A stretch of 64,000 bases of DNA, taken from the NCBI RefSeq assembly GCF_009914755.1, contig NC_060937.1; one strand, 5' to 3'. The notes under the pieces are model-generated. The model did no database searches. It saw only the letters and a program-made list of their open reading frames with translations, and was not told the DNA's origin. Positions 59,777 through 64,000 of the stretch are shown here, piece by piece. How positions within the stretch are numbered: position 1 is the first letter of the stretch; each line of letters starts with the position of its first letter. This stretch comes from the human T2T-CHM13v2.0 reference genome, Homo sapiens. Made by a program: the position numbers and the translations under genes.

Positions 59777-60083
59777 ATTCACCTAACATTAACCCTAGTA
59801 ATCAACACCCTATTAGCCCTGTTACTAATAATTATTACATTTTGGCTCCCACAACTTAATATATATATGTAGAGAGAGAGAAAAATATATATATATATGT
59901 ATAAAATAAATATATATAGAAAAATCTAGCCCTTATGAATGCAGATTTGACCCTCTATCCTCTGCCCACATTCCCTTCTCCATAAAATTCTTTCTAGTAG
60001 CCATCACATTTCCCCATTTGAGTTAGAACTCGCCCTACTACTACCCTTACTGTGAGCCCTTCAAACAATCTGATACTAATAAT
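59777..60083 (+). pseudogene. MT-ND3: NUMT of ND3, 3'-truncated, with an internal microsatellite expansion
   Basis: NTLLALLL.IITFWLPQLN...[27 protein letters not shown] motifs. Confidence 0.92.
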
Positions 60084-63000
60084 CCCTGCGATATGTGTAG
60101 TGACTTCATACTTCACCTCCCCAGATATTACGGCCAATATCAGAGTGGAGGGTGCACCCCCTGCAATATGGGGAGTGATATGATCCTCTCCCCACTGGAT
60201 GTTATGGACAATATCACAGGAGGTTTACTTTCTCTGGGTTATGGGGAAAAATATCCTCCTGTCCCCGCCTGGATGTTAGACATATTTAGAGGGGGTTGTC
60301 CACCCCCTGTGATATGGGGAGTAGTAATATCCTCTCCTGCCCTGGATGTTATGGACAATATATAGGGAGATGTACAATCCCTTCGATATGGGGAGTAATA
60401 TCATCCTCTTCCCCCTAAAAGTTACGAACAGTATCACAGGGGGGTGTACACCCCCTGCAATATCTGGAGTAGTATCATCCCCTCCTTCCCTAAATGTTAC
60501 AGAGACTATCACAGGGGTGTGTACACCTTCTGAAACATGGGAATAATATTCTCTTCCCCTCTGGATGTTATTATGGACAACATTACAGCCGTGTGCACCC
60601 TCTATGATATGCAGAGTAATATCATCCTCTCCCCCCCGGATGTAAGTGACAATACCACAAACGGGTTTACATCCCCCGTGATATGGGGAGTAATATCATC
60701 CTCTTTCCCACTGGATATTAACAATATCACTTGGGGTGTACAACCCCTGTGATATTCGGGATAATATCTTCTAATCCACTGAAAATTATAAACAATATCA
60801 CCAGTATACACTCCCTGTGATATTGGAAGTAATATCATCCTCTAATCCCCTAAAAATTATGAACAGTATCACAGGGGAGTGTATACTTCCTACTATATTG
60901 GGAGTAATATCATCCTGTCGTCTTCTAAATATTATGAACAATATTACAGGGGATGTAACACTCCCTGCGATATGTGGAGTAATATCATCCTCTCCTTCCC
61001 TAAATATTGTGAACAATATCACAGGAGGTTGTACACAATCTGCGATATTGTTTGTAGTATCCAGTGGGAAAGAGCATGCTATTACTCCCCATATCACAGG
61101 GGGTGTACACCCCCACTGTGATATATTCAATAACATCCAGAAGTAATATTACTGACAAAATTGCAGGGGGTGTAAACCCCACCTGTGATACCGTTCCTAA
61201 TACCCCGGGGAAGAGAGGATGATATTATTCCCAATATTGCAGGGGGTGTACACCCACCCTATGATATTGTTATTAATACCCAGGAGGGGAGACAATGGTA
61301 TTACTCACAGTATCAAAGAGGTTGTACAGCCCCCCTGTGATAGTTTCTAATATCCAGGGGATGTATACCACCCTTGTGATATTGTTTCTAATATGTAGGG
61401 GGAAGGACAATGATATTACTGTCCATATCACAGGGGGTGTACAACAAGCCCCCCGGGATATCATTCCTAATATCCATGGGAAGAAAGAATATTATAATAT
61501 CACAGAAGTTGTAAACCCCCTCTGTGATATTGTTCCTAATATCAAAGACAGAAGGGTATGATGTTCTTCCCAAAATCACAGGAAGTGTATACACACCCTG
61601 TGCTATTTTTCCTAATATCGAGAGTGAGAGACAATGATACTTCCAATATCGTAAGGAGTGTACACTCTCCCCGTGATACCAGGTGGGGAAATGTTGATAT
61701 TACTCCAAATGTCACAGTGGGCGTACACACGTTTTGCGATATTGTTCCTAATATCAAGTGGGGAGGAGGATTGTATTACTCCCACCATATTACTCCCCAC
61801 ACCCCATTATACTGTTCTTAATATCCAGATTTGGAGAGGATGATATTACTCCCAAAATCTCAGGAGGTGTAGACCCCTTCTGTGATACTGTTTCTTATAT
61901 CCAGGGGAAGACTAGATGATAGTACTCCCAACAGTGCAGGGTGTTACACGCCACCCCCCATGATATTGTCTCTAATATCAAGTTGGGGAGAGGGTGATAT
62001 TGCTCCAAATAGTGTAAAGGGTGCACACCAGCACTGTGATATTATTCCTAGTATCCAGAGAAGGAGAGAATGGTATTATTTTTAATATCACAGAGGGTGC
62101 ACACTCCCCTTGTGATACTGCTCCTAACATCCAAGGGGTAGAGGATGAAATTACTCCCAATATCACAGTGGGTATACACCCCCCCGTGGTATTGTTCCTA
62201 ATATCCAGGGGGTATAGGACGATAGTACTATAAATATCGCAAGGGGTGTACACCCCTTCTGATATTGTTACTAATATCCGTGGGGGGAGTCGATGATATT
62301 ACTTCCAATATCACAGGGAATGTACACCCCACTTGTGATATTGTTCCTAATATCCTGGGAGGAGACTACGATATTACTGGCAATATCGCAGGGTGTGTGC
62401 ATTCCCGTGATATTGTTCCTAATGTCCAGCAAGGGAGAAAATATTACTCCCAATATGGCGGGGGTGTACACTTCCCATGCGATATCGTTCCTAATATCCA
62501 TGGGGGAAAAGGATGATATTACTCTAAATGGCGCAGGAGGTGTAAACCGCCCCTGTGATATTGTTCTCAATATCCATAGGGGGAGAGAATGATATTACTC
62601 CCAATATCACAGGTGGTGTACACCCCTCCTTTTATATTATTCCTAATATCCAGATTGGGAGAGAATAATATTACAGGTAAAATAGCAGGGGGTGTACACT
62701 CTGCCTGTGATATTGTTCCTAATATCCCAGGGAAGAGTGGACAATATTACTCTCAATATCGCAGGATGTGTACACCCCCTTTGTGATATTGTTCCTAATA
62801 TCCATAGGCGGAGAGGGTGATACCACTCCCAATAGTGCAGAAAAGGTACAGCCCCGCTGTGATATCATTCCTAATATCCAGAGGGGACAGGATGATATTA
62901 CTCCCAATATCAGAGAGGGCATACACCCCCTCCCCATGATATTGTTCATAATACCCAGGGGGTAGAGGATGATATTACTCCCAATATCACAGTGGGTGTA

Positions 63001-63930
63001 CACCCACCCTGTGATATTGTTCCCAATATCCATGTGGAAAGGGTATAAAGTTACTCCCAATATCACAGGGGTTGTACAACCCCCTTGTGATATTGTTCCT
63101 TATATTCGGGGGAGAGACAATGATATAGCTGTCCATATTGCAGATGGTGTACCACCCCCTGGGAATTTGTTCCTAATATTCAGTGGGAAAGATGATATTA
63201 ATTAAAATGTCACGGGGGGTATACAACCCCTTTGTGATATTATTCCTAATATCCAGGGAAAGAAAGAATATTATTCCCAATATCGCAGGGGATGTACACC
63301 CCTCTCTGATACTCTTTCTAATATCCCTTTGGGGAGTCTATAATATTACTGGCAATATCATAAGGAGTGTATACCCCCCGTTATATTGTTCCTTATGTCC
63401 AGCAAGGGAGAAAATATTAATCCCAATATGGAACAGGGTGTACACACCCATGAGGTATTGTTCCTAATATCCAGGGAGGGAAAGGATGATATTACTCCCA
63501 ATGTTGCAGTGGTGTATAACCCCCCGTGATATTGTTCCTAATATCTAGGTGAGGAAAGTACAGTATTACTCCCAATATAGCAGGGGTTGTACACCACCTT
63601 TGTGATATTGTTCTACATATCCATGGGGAAAGAAAATGATAGTACTCCACAATATCACAGGTGGTGTACAACCCCTTGTGATACTGTTTCTAATATCCAT
63701 GTTGGGGGAGGATATTACTCCCAATATTGCACGAGTTGCACAGACCCCCTTTGATATTGCTTGTACTATGCAGGGTGTGGGGGGAGAGGATGATATTGGG
63801 AGTAATATCACCCTCTCTCCCCGGATAGTAAAAGCAATATTCAGGGTGGTCGACACTTCCTGCACTATTGAGTATAATATCCTCTCCCAACCTGGATATT
63901 AGGAACAATATCACAGGGGCATGTACACTT
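60084..63930. repeat. SATR1/SATR2-type satellite, right block
   Basis: Same ~75-bp unit, with orientation switches near 61035 and 63795. Confidence 0.9.
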
Positions 63931-64000
63931 CCTTCCTTTCACCATATACAAAAATCAACTCAAGATGGATGAAGGACTTATGTAAGACCCAAAACTATAT
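63931..64000 (+). mobile_element. L1 ORF2 fragment abutting the satellite
   Basis: CACCATATACAAAAATCAACTCAAGATGGAT..GACTTA..GTAAGACCCAAAACTATA. Confidence 0.85.

Larger units (their letters stand above)
57164..60083. pseudogene. Composite NUMT made of three non-contiguous mtDNA segments
   Basis: 12S rRNA, COX1 plus the WANCY-cluster tRNAs, and COX3-tRNA-Gly-ND3 homologies, with many substitutions and indels. Confidence 0.96.

Noticed and set aside
57164-60083. Genuine mitochondrial DNA or functional rRNA/tRNA genes
   Set aside because: Frameshifts, deletions, a mutated anticodon, scrambled gene order and nuclear satellite flanks indicate a NUMT.

Overview
Primate (human-like) genomic DNA with the mosaic structure of a pericentromeric/acrocentric segmental duplication. 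I found no intact protein-coding gene. From left to right: (1) ~1-2.3 kb is a GC-richer tail with a degenerate CCCCACTGACCAGG minisatellite. (2) ~4.3-50.5 kb is a minus-strand, intron-containing, 5'-truncated ANKRD20A-family (ANKRD26/ANKRD18-related) pseudogene. Fifteen exons are traceable, the ankyrin-repeat exons are absent, and the 3' half carries several frameshifts and stops. (3) ~50.55-53.3 kb is an unprocessed ASNS fragment (5'UTR exon plus the broken first coding exon) fused in the same orientation directly upstream of the ANKRD20A remnant; the supplied ORF track misses it. (4) A near-perfect AluYa5 and a truncated MLT2 LTR follow. (5) ~55.0-63.9 kb is a SATR1/SATR2-type palindromic satellite with three orientation switches. 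An old, three-piece rearranged NUMT (12S; COX1 plus tRNA Y/C/OL/N/A; COX3-tRNA-G-ND3) sits at the centre of one of its palindromes. The most notable signals are the ASNS::ANKRD20A chimera and the clustering of breakpoints at satellite hairpin centres. I see no evidence of a new biological system beyond these. Family names come from recalled consensus and protein sequences, not from database searches, and repeat boundaries are approximate.
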